A stretch of 64,000 nucleotides of DNA from Vicinamibacteria bacterium (GTDB taxonomy: Bacteria > Acidobacteriota > Vicinamibacteria > Marinacidobacterales > Marinacidobacteraceae), in assembly GCA_964291235.2 (NCBI GenBank), contig OZ219816.1, forward strand, positions 1,728,001 to 1,792,000, in the 5' to 3' direction. The position numbers were made by a program, and so were the translations under genes. Within the stretch, counting starts at the first letter, position 1, and each line of letters begins with the position of its first letter. Positions 48,701 to 57,197 of the stretch are shown in pieces. The notes beneath the pieces are model-generated. The model worked only from the letters and a program-made list of their open reading frames with translations. It searched no databases and was not told the origin of the DNA.

Positions 48701-49876
48701 TTCCGGGGCGAGACCGGCAGCGACGACCAGCTCGTCCAGTGGGACTCCCCGATCTCGCCGCCGGAGGCCTACGGGATGCTGGCGCGGATGTCCGAGTTCC
48801 CCGAAGCCACGGTTTACAAGATCGGCGAGAGCTACCTGGGCCAGTCCACCTGGGCGATGGATCTGATGCCGCCTATGGAGGCAACGCACTGGTCGCAGCG
48901 GAAGGCGAGCCTGCTGAAGCCGACGATCGTCTATAGCGCCCGGCAGCACGCGAACGAGGTTTCCTCCACGTCGCACGTGCTGCGGCTCGCCGAGATGATC
49001 CTGACCGACGAAGAGCACGGGAAGAAGCTGGACACGGTGAACGTGATCGTCCATCCGATCCAGAATCCGGACGGCGCCCAGCTCGCCTGGGACATGCACC
49101 AGTACAACCCCGAGCACATCCTCCATGCGGGATATTGGGGGTCGCTCGGCATCGACTCCACGACCGACAGCGACGAACCGATGCCGATCTATCCGGAGGC
49201 CGAGGTGCGCCCGCGGATCTGGCGGATGTGGCTACCCGACATCTTCCTGAACCCGCACGGCTACCCCGCGCACCAGCTCGTGCAGCTCTTCAGCGAGTTC
49301 AGCGGCCTCGTCCGGGCCGGGCGCCGCACCGAGCGCAACTGGGGCTTCAACAAGGGCTGGTTCATGCCCGGCTTCGACGTGGTGGACGACCCCGAGTTCC
49401 CGCGCCACAAGGCGGCGGCGCTCAAAATCCGCGGCTACATCACGAACGCGATCCAGGCGACCGGACCGGTGGCGGCGATGAACCAGCGCAACTACGACCG
49501 CTACCGCCGCTACGGGATGCAATTCGAACCCGAGGTCTTCCGGATGGACCTCCACAACGGAGTCAACATCGGGATGCCCATCAAGGGCCGCCTCGCGAGC
49601 GCCGCCGGACGTGGCGGCCGCGGCTACGACCCCAAGATCACCATCTGGGCGGCGGGCACCGAGGCCCCGGACGAGCCGGCCCGCGGCGACTGGATGAAGA
49701 TCGTGGCGTCAGCGGGACTCGCCTGGGACACCGCGGTCCTGCAGTACCTGCTGGACGGAGACCACAAGGTCAACCGGAACACCAGCGAGTTCTTCGGCGG
49801 CGTCTCGATCCGGCTGGATCGGCCGCGCCCGCCGGAGGACCCGGAGGAGGAAGAAGAAACCGAAGAAGGTCAGTAG
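45734..49876 (+). CDS. Large secreted M14 zinc carboxypeptidase
   Basis: GTG after AAGGAGG, signal peptide; RQHANE, NPDG, NPHG motifs in the C-terminal domain. Confidence 0.88.
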   Translation: MRTSALVLSLVVLLGAAGPAVAQPESLAALYELGGAVSDPNGDGVADRLNARVVLSGSPSAAEVAIAADLAARLGFETMALNLPMPTDAEMEIAVGDEALSRLGMSGMGDLAAGWGAVELHTAGDSVIVAVRGGDDAGLAAAAAWLASRAPHVFRTDGESLSDVEAAVLSAAGDAAMDAHTIRVEVEAGAHALAAAEVRVGAADGAAAGAIASAVESAGDELRFDSLATLRVVAAHSGGESAASVSHDPPAPDAGPVPGRPGSGSKNDLGLAVLYEPSGLLGDSNGDRIPDRLDSRLAVTAEDPGGTVALAARLGLESSGMDFPVATAAGDVDEPGGQPTLVVVGTAGENPLLADLAVPDLGAGEGFVGVVPEAFGKKHALAITGGDQAGLSRALYQTAVGLPHLDAANRRKDHPTVDGVEFAAWKFLSQRSPGGQAAAALYKLERIAAEVSHLGIGSSKILVSVKDPAPGLDDFVAAAAERLGLGEASVELDDRNVDNAAVIHEEEFAVPSEVEEFRGLVQERLLPAVGRGDRVRVMVHLSEPAAVRHSLRDELVTDLRGRGATVSDGDVVVLSAYRQGYSWIEEVVLPRLLALREGGTPTARVRLLFREHRPPEDWPQQAMHTPLRWQHAMFPADEIMAEALLLDLGDVGYELRAEQDAPAYQVVAEDANGEVLLNETFEPRLVSRPFMDRYPDYEWIQVTTGGITAQVDGATVVDERIRMDAEAFWDHYQSDTLARVYDYIMELHEGKPRGPADAPYFGQLKVVLSLSEPERRLGVEQEIESTHDALHEDIYFVTHSFLRHIGRNSLGTELTYGGRVIPEMRGKTDGTPGTAHILFTGFKTSRPAIVVDYTTTDGTMGTVRRNIPKVEVGRPRAMTARVSAGNSGLDALRLRVKVDTDADERDYYVERHGEDAADERIMSAAQTTRVVELLGELRAAGLYSDELAFAGLGELEVAASWTWDYEADTERTVTLAANGAPPPFPDIMTFRGETGSDDQLVQWDSPISPPEAYGMLARMSEFPEATVYKIGESYLGQSTWAMDLMPPMEATHWSQRKASLLKPTIVYSARQHANEVSSTSHVLRLAEMILTDEEHGKKLDTVNVIVHPIQNPDGAQLAWDMHQYNPEHILHAGYWGSLGIDSTTDSDEPMPIYPEAEVRPRIWRMWLPDIFLNPHGYPAHQLVQLFSEFSGLVRAGRRTERNWGFNKGWFMPGFDVVDDPEFPRHKAAALKIRGYITNAIQATGPVAAMNQRNYDRYRRYGMQFEPEVFRMDLHNGVNIGMPIKGRLASAAGRGGRGYDPKITIWAAGTEAPDEPARGDWMKIVASAGLAWDTAVLQYLLDGDHKVNRNTSEFFGGVSIRLDRPRPPEDPEEEEETEEGQ

Positions 49877-49884
49877 CCTGACCC

Positions 49885-49912
49885 GGCTTCGCCCGCCCAC
49901 GCGGGCGAAGCC
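49885..49912 (+). terminator. Perfect 12-bp hairpin after the M14 gene
   Basis: GGCTTCGCCCGC-CCAC-GCGGGCGAAGCC; no U tract. Confidence 0.55.
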
Positions 49913-49934
49913 AAGAGCTGCTGCGGGACCGGCT

Positions 49935-49966
49935 GGCACAGCCCGCCGCAGCCGGGCGGCGGGACG
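49935..49966 (-). repeat. Inverted copy of the 54-55.7 kb repeat core
   Basis: Reverse complement CGTCCCGCCGCCCGGCTGCGGCGGGCTGTGCC matches 55694-55725 with one mismatch. Confidence 0.85.
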
Positions 49967-50025
49967 TATCGCCGCTAGCGCGGAAGCGCGGGCGACCGCA
50001 AGGGAGCCCCCTATAGGATCGGCGA

Positions 50026-50240
50026 CGTCCTGCGGGAGCTGAGATTCAGCTGCCGTTGTATCAACTCAGGTTGGCCAATCCGCCGGGAGTACTAACTGAG
50101 CCCCGGTGCTGCGAGCACCTACGGTGGACACGTACCCCGACGGATGGCCGTGATGGACGACCAGTGGAGAGTCGGTTCCAATCGAGAACCAGTATAGGGG
50201 CTGGACAGCATCGCGGCGCGGCGGACCTCCGACGGAGCGC
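50026..50240 (+). ncRNA. IS110 bridge RNA (ends approximate)
   Basis: Target loop guides GAGCCCC (50098-104) and CGGTGG (50122-127); donor loop guides TGGAGAGTC (50165-173) and TATAGG (50193-198); each pair flanks an inner hairpin within an outer stem. Confidence 0.85.
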
Positions 50241-50260
50241 AAGCTCGAAGGAAGACAGCG

Positions 50261-51523
50261 ATGAAGCAGAAGCTGAGCTGGTTCGTGGGCATCGACTGGG
50301 GCGAGCAGAGCCACCAGGTGTGCCTGTGCGACAGGCGCGGGAAGGTGCGCGGGGAGCGCGCCTTCGCGCACAAGGGATCGGGGCTGGCGGCCCTGGTGAA
50401 GTGGCTTAGGAAGCAGACGGGTGTGCCGCCGGCGCGGGTGGCGGTCGCGATCGAGCGGCCGGATGGGGCGGTGGTGGCGACGCTGCTGGAGGCGGGGTTT
50501 GCGGTCTATGCGGTGAACCCGCGGCAGACGAGCCACCTGCGGAAGTTCATCTCCCACCCGGGGCACAAGAACGACCGGCGGGACGCCCGGATGTTGGCCA
50601 CCACGCTGCAGGCGAGCCTGGCGGGGTTCCGGCTGCTGGTGCCGCTACCGGGGTTGGTGCTGCGGCTGCGGGAGCGGACCCGGACGGCGGACCGTCTGCT
50701 CCAGGAGCAGGTCCGGCAGTGCCTGCGGATCCGGAGTGCGCTGGTGGACTACTTCCCGCAACTGCTGGAGGTAGCCGGCGAGGCGAAGAACCTGGGGACT
50801 CCGTTCTTCCGGGAGTTGTGGGCTCGGGCTTCTACGCCGGCGAAAGCGCGGAAGGTGTGGTTGTCCACGTTGGAGAAGCTGGTTCGGCGGTATGGAGTGA
50901 CCCGGATCAGCGCCGCGCGGATCCAGGCGTTGTTCCGGGAGCCGGCGTTGGTGATGGCGCCGGGGGCGACCGAGGCGTCGGTGGAGACGATCCGCACGGC
51001 GCTCGCGCAGTTGGAGGTCGTGCGAGCGGAACTCGTCCGGGCGGAGGGCCAGATGACCCAGCTGCTGGACGAGTTCTCGGAGACGGCGGAGGCCGGGGGT
51101 GGTTCGGATGCCACGGGCCTGGATCTGGTGAGCGCGTTGCGCTCACGCCCGGGCGCGGGGGACAAGGCGCTGGCCCGGTTGTTCGCCTGGGGCTTCGAAG
51201 CGCTCTCGGAGGGGAACTACCGCCGTCTGCGCGCCTACTGTGGAGTAGCCCCGATCGAGGACCAGTCCGGCAAGTCCGCACAGCTCCGGCAACGGCGCGC
51301 CGTTCCCAGTTCGCTGCAACACGCCACCTACATCCTGGCGCGGGGGGTCGTCCGCTGGGACGAGAAGGTGGCGGCCTACAACCGGAAGTTGAAGGCGGAA
51401 GGGAAGCACACGGCCCGGCGCCACCGGAGCATCGCGGATCAACAACTCCGGGTGCTGTGCGCGATGGCCCGGAACCGAACCCTCTTTGATCCCAACTTCT
51501 CCCAGAAGCGGAGGGCCGCCTAA
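50261..51523 (+). CDS. IS110 DEDD recombinase/transposase
   Basis: VGIDWG, AIE, KNDRRDA, GVAP...QSGK. Confidence 0.95.
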   Translation: MKQKLSWFVGIDWGEQSHQVCLCDRRGKVRGERAFAHKGSGLAALVKWLRKQTGVPPARVAVAIERPDGAVVATLLEAGFAVYAVNPRQTSHLRKFISHPGHKNDRRDARMLATTLQASLAGFRLLVPLPGLVLRLRERTRTADRLLQEQVRQCLRIRSALVDYFPQLLEVAGEAKNLGTPFFRELWARASTPAKARKVWLSTLEKLVRRYGVTRISAARIQALFREPALVMAPGATEASVETIRTALAQLEVVRAELVRAEGQMTQLLDEFSETAEAGGGSDATGLDLVSALRSRPGAGDKALARLFAWGFEALSEGNYRRLRAYCGVAPIEDQSGKSAQLRQRRAVPSSLQHATYILARGVVRWDEKVAAYNRKLKAEGKHTARRHRSIADQQLRVLCAMARNRTLFDPNFSQKRRAA

Positions 51524-51675
51524 CGCTCTTGCGTTCTCGTGGAAAGTCCACCGGGAGAACTGGGCCGGACTCCAGGCCTGCACAGCCCCCGCCCGAGGCG
51601 TGCGACGGCGCTATTTCCTGGGCCCTGAGCAACGATGGATGCAACATCGCGATGGGGCCGGGGCCGACGTCCAGA

Positions 51676-52608
51676 CTATCCCCCGAGATACATGTTGTCG
51701 TTGTGCCAACGGAGGAAATCCTCCCCTGGTCGATACTTGGGATCGTCAGGAACTGCGATGCCTCGGCCGTGGTGCGGGTAGTAACTGCGACCGTTCTCGT
51801 AGTCGTCACGCAGTCGGTCACTTACCTCAAGTCTTAGCTCAGGCGTAACGGTCAGATACCCCTTGTCGAATAGGCGGTGGAGGTCCGCGCGCAACAGCAG
51901 TCCGTTCGAGATCTCGTGCGGGCCGGCATCAGCATACGGCCTGATGTGCGCCGCTTCGAGGGCAGGCAGGGAGTGCTCTTCGGTGACAGCACAGGCACCG
52001 CCGTACGCGTCCGCGACCGCGATACGGAAGGTCCCCTGACCCAGCCGCGGCGTCACAAGCTGCCCCTTGCCATAGCGCACGAGAGCCTCGCCGGAAGCTT
52101 CCGCCGGCCAATATCCCATGTCACCGAGTTCCGTGACATGTCCCATGCACGCCATCCAGATGCGCCGTCCCTCGTCCCGCGAAAGGTCGTACCGCTTGCT
52201 CGTCAGGTTGTTGGCAGACCAGTCCGCAGGCTGCGGGATCCAGAACTCGCGCGGAAAGAAGACTGCATTGCTCAGCACGATGCAGCCGATCCCGCCGGTG
52301 TCGCTGGAACTCCTTCGGGCTCGGATTTTCTGCAACCGGGCCTTCATGGCTCCGTAGGAAGGCGCTCCGTTCCCTTCCCCGAAGCACTCCCACGCCAGCC
52401 ACTCCGGAAGTGGCACGTATCGGTTGACTTGGCCGAAACCGCACACCGCGTTGTGCGGGTGCTTGAGCTTGAAGAAAAAGGGAGTGCCCGCTGCGCCCCG
52501 AAACCCGGCCCGCGCGGAAGGACGCCAGAAGTTGACCTCGCTCCAGAAGCCCCGCCGCGACAGATGCTCATACCAGCCGTCGTCGGTAACCGCGACATAT
52601 CCCTGCAT
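51676..52608 (-). CDS. HNH endonuclease (putative restriction/defence)
   Basis: RLGQGTFR, CAVT, LEAAHIRPY, NGLLLRADLHRLFD. Confidence 0.9.
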   Translation of the reverse strand: MQGYVAVTDDGWYEHLSRRGFWSEVNFWRPSARAGFRGAAGTPFFFKLKHPHNAVCGFGQVNRYVPLPEWLAWECFGEGNGAPSYGAMKARLQKIRARRSSSDTGGIGCIVLSNAVFFPREFWIPQPADWSANNLTSKRYDLSRDEGRRIWMACMGHVTELGDMGYWPAEASGEALVRYGKGQLVTPRLGQGTFRIAVADAYGGACAVTEEHSLPALEAAHIRPYADAGPHEISNGLLLRADLHRLFDKGYLTVTPELRLEVSDRLRDDYENGRSYYPHHGRGIAVPDDPKYRPGEDFLRWHNDNMYLGG

Positions 52609-53031
52609 GGTCAAGATTCGCTGTTCGGCACCTCGGAGGTGCGCAAATCAGCGTAACCAAGCGTACGTTACGCGGTTCCGATCGCTTGTTTTCGCGCTCT
52701 GGAGGTCCCTGGGTGGCTCCCGGCATCAGGACACGCCAAACAACCCGACCAACGCAAGCGGCTTGGAGCCCCCACTGGGAGAAACGCCCGAGTGCCCGTC
52801 TTCTGCACACCCCGCCGGGCGCGACGATCCGATATCGGACTCCGCGTCCCTCGAAAGAAACGGGCGCTATGCCGTTCGCGGCCTCTGGCCGCGGTGTCCA
52901 CCCGGAGGCAAGTTCTCCCGGTGGGGGCCAGCGTCCCAAGGCGTTTCGGCGTTCTCGCTCGGTCAGAGATGCACTACCTAGGCCTGACCGCATCTTCACG
53001 GCACTGGGCCGGCTTCCGGCCAGCCCGAATC

Positions 53032-53505
53032 TCAGCGGGAGAACAGGAGGGTGAACACCAAGCCCAGAACGGTCACCAGGGCACCGAGCGCACCCCACAT
53101 CAGCCGCATTTCCGTCTTCAGCCCGTCCATCCGGACGGCGAGGACATCGAGTTTCGCGCCGTGGTGGGTCAGTGTCTCGCCCTGCTCGGCAATCAGGTTC
53201 TTGAGTTCCCTCAGCTCGCCGCGAACCTGCGCTGCCAGTTGGTTGAAATCCGTCAACTGCCCCTCGATCCGAGCCGTCACATTCTCACCGGCCATCGATC
53301 GTGCCTCTTCCAATGCAGTATAGGCGACCTCCGCGTCACAGCCTGCCTTGAGCAACGCCCGGAACAAGGCCCCCTTCTTCGATAGCCCGACGGATTTGTC
53401 AGGAGGGTCTACGGGGTTCGGGTCAGCTGGTATGGCAAGCCTCTCCTGCTCGTCGTGCGCCTCGCGGGTTGCAGCCTTCGGCGTGTTCTCTGAGATCTCC
53501 GGCAT
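53032..53505 (-). CDS. Coiled-coil protein with C-terminal TM (DUF1640-like)
   Basis: Heptad-like region then RLMWGALGALVTVLGLVF; RBS GGAGG. Confidence 0.65.
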   Translation of the reverse strand: MPEISENTPKAATREAHDEQERLAIPADPNPVDPPDKSVGLSKKGALFRALLKAGCDAEVAYTALEEARSMAGENVTARIEGQLTDFNQLAAQVRGELRELKNLIAEQGETLTHHGAKLDVLAVRMDGLKTEMRLMWGALGALVTVLGLVFTLLFSR

Positions 53506-53692
53506 CGTTCTTCCTCCGTGGACGACGGCATACGCGGAAGTGCGGTGCCACCTAGAAAACAAAGACGGGGTCCGGGAGCATTTCTTCCTGATTCCGCGGC
53601 CGTTGTGGAAAAGTCGGTGCGAAGTCTGCCCGCAAATCCGCGTGGGATCACGAGCCTAACCCACCGATCTATCGTGGCTTTATCATTCCGGT

Positions 53693-54079
53693 GTGAAGGA
53701 CTCGGCTCCATCGGCCGGGGTCGTGCTGCGGGTCTGGGTGAGCCCTCGCTCCTCTCCCGAACGGATCGGACGGCTGGCAGACGGGCGGGTTCGCGCCTAC
53801 GTGTCGCCGCCTCCGGAGCGGGGAAGGGCAAACGCCCGATTCATCGCGCTGCTTGCGAACGTTTTGCGGGTGCCGCGGGATTCCATCGAGATCTTGTCCG
53901 GAACCTCGCACCCCAAGAAGCTGATTCGGGTGGCGGGCTGTAGCGAGGCCGATGTCGCTGAGCGACTTCCGCAATTGCGGCCCGGGCACTACGCCCCTGG
54001 CGAGAGTGTGCGGAGGCGGATCCGGAGCCGGACGGCGAAGAAGCGAGCGCGGGGCGCGGGGACCGGCACGGGCACGTAA
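53693..54079 (+). CDS. DUF167 (YggU-like) protein
   Basis: VWVSPRSS, PPERGRAN, ILSGTSHPKK. Confidence 0.8.
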   Translation: MKDSAPSAGVVLRVWVSPRSSPERIGRLADGRVRAYVSPPPERGRANARFIALLANVLRVPRDSIEILSGTSHPKKLIRVAGCSEADVAERLPQLRPGHYAPGESVRRRIRSRTAKKRARGAGTGTGT

Positions 54080-54419
54080 CGAGGTTCGGCCGCGTGCGTA
54101 CGCGACCCGCGGGGGTGCCGGTGCATCCGATCACTGTTTGTTCGTATGTTCGTGAGGGCTGGAGGCAGAGAGCGGAACCATCGTGGCGCTGGGGGGTCCA
54201 TCCCGCCGCCCGCCTCCGGCGGGCTGTGCCGATCTGGAGATCGGCGTTCCCGTGCCTTTGCACCACGGGGGCTGGTGGGGTTCCCGCCGAGAGGGGCACC
54301 ATCCTGGGGTTGGGGGGTCCGTCCCGCCGCCCGCCTCCGGCGGGCTGTGCCGATCTGGAGTGGAGTTGCCCCGGGAAAACGGACCACTCATAGTGCCAGT
54401 GGCACAAAGGAGGTCTGAG

Positions 54420-54722
54420 ATGGGCAGTCCTGGCCGCCGATATACGGCGGAGTATCGAAAGCGGGTGGTTGCGCTGGTTCGCTCGGGACGTAGCGCCGAG
54501 GAAGTCGCGGAGGAGTATGAGGCGAGTCCGCGAGCGATCCGGCGTTGGGTGATGGACGCGGATGCGGCGGAGGGCCGCGGGGGCGACGGCTGGACGAAAG
54601 AGGAGCGGGAGGAGTTGAAGCGGCTGGAACGTGAGAACCGGCGGCTGCAGCGGGAGAACGCCTTCCTAAAAAAAGCGGCGGCCTGGTTCGCGCGGGAGAC
54701 ATCGTCGGGAGGTACCGACTGA
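54420..54722 (+). CDS. IS3 transposase OrfA
   Basis: RRYTAEYRK HTH, LERENRRLQRENAFLKKAAAWFA; A7G -1 frameshift site 54668-54675. Confidence 0.92.
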   Translation: MGSPGRRYTAEYRKRVVALVRSGRSAEEVAEEYEASPRAIRRWVMDADAAEGRGGDGWTKEEREELKRLERENRRLQRENAFLKKAAAWFARETSSGGTD

Positions 54723-55570
54723 TGGATGCGAGCCAGGCCGTGATGAGCGTGCGGGAGATGGGGCGCCTGCTGGGAGTGTCCCGCAGTGGGTACTACGCCT
54801 GGCGTGGCCGCGGGGCCAGTGCACGGGTTCAGGCGGACGAGCGCCTGAAGGTGGAGATCGCGGCGGCCCATGCGGCGAGTCGCGGCACCTACGGGGCGCC
54901 GCGGATCCGGGCGGAGTTGGCAGCGCGGGGGAACCAGACGAGCCGGAAGCGGGTTGCGCGGCTGATGCGGGCGTTGGGGATCTGTGGGGTAAGCCGCCGG
55001 CGCCGCGTCCGCACCACGATCCGGGACGGCGAGGCGCGGCCGGCGCCGGATCTGGTGGACCGGAACTTCGAGGCCACGGCTCTGGACCAGCTCTGGGTGG
55101 CCGACATCACCTACATCCCGACGCTGACGCGAATGTTGCACCTGGCGGTGGTTGTGGACGCCTGCAGCCGGCGGGTGGTGGGCTGGGCAATGGCGCTGCA
55201 TGCGCGGGCCACCCTGGTCCTGAAAGCCTTGGACATGGCGCTCGAGCAGCGGCGGCCCCAGGGAGTGATCCACCACTCGGACCAGGGGTGCCAATACACC
55301 TCGGTGGCGTTCGGGCGCCGCTGCCGGGCCACCGGGGTCCGGCCTTCCATGGGTTCGGTGGGGGACTGCTACGACAACGCGATGGCGGAGTCCTTCTTCG
55401 CCACCCTCGAGTGCGAGGTGCTCGACCGGACCCAGTTCCCCAACCCCAAAGCTGCCGGCGAAGCGGTCTTCGAGTTCATCGAGGCTTGGTACAACCCTTA
55501 CCGGCGGCACTCCGCCCTCGGCTACCTGTCGCCCGTAGACTTCGAACAACAACTCCGGGGGCCGCTATGA
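54722..55570 (+). CDS. IS3 transposase OrfB (DDE)
   Basis: WVADITY, HHSDQG, DNAMAESFF. Confidence 0.94.
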   Translation: MDASQAVMSVREMGRLLGVSRSGYYAWRGRGASARVQADERLKVEIAAAHAASRGTYGAPRIRAELAARGNQTSRKRVARLMRALGICGVSRRRRVRTTIRDGEARPAPDLVDRNFEATALDQLWVADITYIPTLTRMLHLAVVVDACSRRVVGWAMALHARATLVLKALDMALEQRRPQGVIHHSDQGCQYTSVAFGRRCRATGVRPSMGSVGDCYDNAMAESFFATLECEVLDRTQFPNPKAAGEAVFEFIEAWYNPYRRHSALGYLSPVDFEQQLRGPL

Positions 55571-55804
55571 ACCGGCGCTCCCACTGGTCCGAGAAACTGG
55601 GGCAAGCTCAGAGATCGGCGTTCCCGTGCCTTTGCACCGCGGGGGCTGGTGGGGTTCCCGCCGAGAGGGGCACCATCCTGGGGTTGGGGGGTCCGTCCCG
55701 CCGCCCGCCTGCGGCGGGCTGTGCCGGCCCCCACCCGGAGAACTGGCCTGGAGATCGGCGTTCCCGTGCCGGGGTGACGTGGGGGCTGGGGGGAGGCCGT
55801 CTCT

Positions 55805-57133
55805 TTAGGGGAGGTGTTCGCGGGTGAGGTTGCGGGGGCCGGAGTCGGTGACCACGACGTTGTCCTCGATGCGGACGCCGCCGTAGGGCGCGAGGATGTC
55901 CACCGCTTCCCAGTTGATGGCGCTCCGCCTCCGTTCACCGCCGTTCCGCCACCGGTCGAGCAGCATTTCGATGAAATAGACCCCGGGCTCCACCGTCAGG
56001 ACGTGGCCCGGTTCCAGAGTGCGGGTGCTGCGGAGCATGGGGTGCGCTTTCGGCGGCGGCGCCCGGCGGCCGTCCGGGTCGGCCAGATGGCCCCCCACGT
56101 CGTGCACCTGGATTCCCAGGAAGTGCCCGAGCCCATGGGGAAAGAAAACGCGGCTGAGGCCGCTAGCGACTGCGTCCTCGGGCGACAGATGGATGACGTT
56201 CTCGTCCTTCAGCACCCCCGACAGGGCGAGGTGCGCCTCGTGGTGCAGTTCCGACCACGGATGACCGGCCCGCACCTCTTCGCATAGCGCCTGCTGGGCG
56301 CCCTCCATCGCGGTGATCAGCGAGCGGAAGCGCCCGTCCGCCGCAGCGCCGGCATAGGTTCTCGTGATGTCCGAGGCGTACCCGCGAACCCGGGCGCCCG
56401 CGTCGATGAGCAGGCTCTTTCCGTTCCGGACATCGGGGCGCTTGCCCTCGTAGTGGAGAACGGCGCCCTTTTCGTTCAGGCCGACGATGGTGGGGTACGG
56501 AAGATCGGCCTCGAGACCGCCAACCGCGGCGAGGAAGGCCCGGTGGACCTCGACTTCGCTGCCCCCCGCCCGGAAGGCGGCTTCCGCCGCCAGATGGCCT
56601 TCGGCGCCCACCCGGTTTGCTTCCAGGATGCACTCCACCTCGTAGCCGGTCTTGATGGCCCGGCGCCAATCGAGCCGGGTGAGGAGCGCCGGCGGGTTGT
56701 GGGCCAACCCGAGCGTTTCCGGGACCCCGGCGCTCTCGGCGACCGCGGCCGCGCGCCCCTTCGGAAGCCGTTTGGCGATTTCGGCGATCTGGCGCTTGCG
56801 GCTCCCGCATTCGGCGATCTTGAAACCTCCCGCCCAGAAAGCGTCGCCGATCCGCTGGGGCTCGTACCAGAAGTCAGCGGGCGAATACGTGGCCAGAAAC
56901 GGCTTCTTCCCCGGGCGGAGCAGGAGCAGGTGGTCCGGTCCCTCCAGCGGGCAGAAGTGGAGAAAGTGAGCGTTCGCCCGGTAGGGGGCGGGCTGGTCGT
57001 CGCGGAAGTAGAAGTACTGCCCGCCGGAAACCAGGACCAGAGCCGAGTAGCCGGTCTTTTGGAGATCCTCGGCGATGCCCTCCAGCCGCTGTTCAAGATG
57101 GTCGCTAAAGGAACCAGCGAGCTCGTCAGTCAT
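55805..57133 (-). CDS. pepQ: Xaa-Pro dipeptidase (M24B)
   Basis: LIDAGA, ASDITRT, PHGLGH...QVHD, TVEPG, GVRIED. Confidence 0.92.
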   Translation of the reverse strand: MTDELAGSFSDHLEQRLEGIAEDLQKTGYSALVLVSGGQYFYFRDDQPAPYRANAHFLHFCPLEGPDHLLLLRPGKKPFLATYSPADFWYEPQRIGDAFWAGGFKIAECGSRKRQIAEIAKRLPKGRAAAVAESAGVPETLGLAHNPPALLTRLDWRRAIKTGYEVECILEANRVGAEGHLAAEAAFRAGGSEVEVHRAFLAAVGGLEADLPYPTIVGLNEKGAVLHYEGKRPDVRNGKSLLIDAGARVRGYASDITRTYAGAAADGRFRSLITAMEGAQQALCEEVRAGHPWSELHHEAHLALSGVLKDENVIHLSPEDAVASGLSRVFFPHGLGHFLGIQVHDVGGHLADPDGRRAPPPKAHPMLRSTRTLEPGHVLTVEPGVYFIEMLLDRWRNGGERRRSAINWEAVDILAPYGGVRIEDNVVVTDSGPRNLTREHLP

Positions 57134-57197
57134 GGTGCGCGGAGGATACGCGCCCGGGGGCCGCCAAATCATCAATGGTCATGCCATGATTCGCCTC

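Larger units (their letters stand above)
50010..51549 (+). mobile_element. IS110-family element, CC core
   Basis: No TIRs; CC at 50010-11 and 51548-49; excision regenerates GCCCCCACCGGGAGAACT, found exactly at 52911-52928 (minus strand). Confidence 0.9.
54361..55610 (+). mobile_element. IS3-family insertion sequence
   Basis: TG...CA imperfect TIRs (54361-86, 55585-610); 3-bp target duplication GAG (54358-60, 55611-13). Confidence 0.95.
54190..55770. repeat. 121-bp GC-rich tandem repeat (~2.5 units) interrupted by IS3
   Basis: GATCTGGAG at 54231 and 54352; unit resumes at 55611; internal hairpins. Confidence 0.88.

Noticed and set aside
54190-55770. Possible CRISPR array
   Set aside because: Units are near-identical along their full length with no unique spacers; no cas genes.
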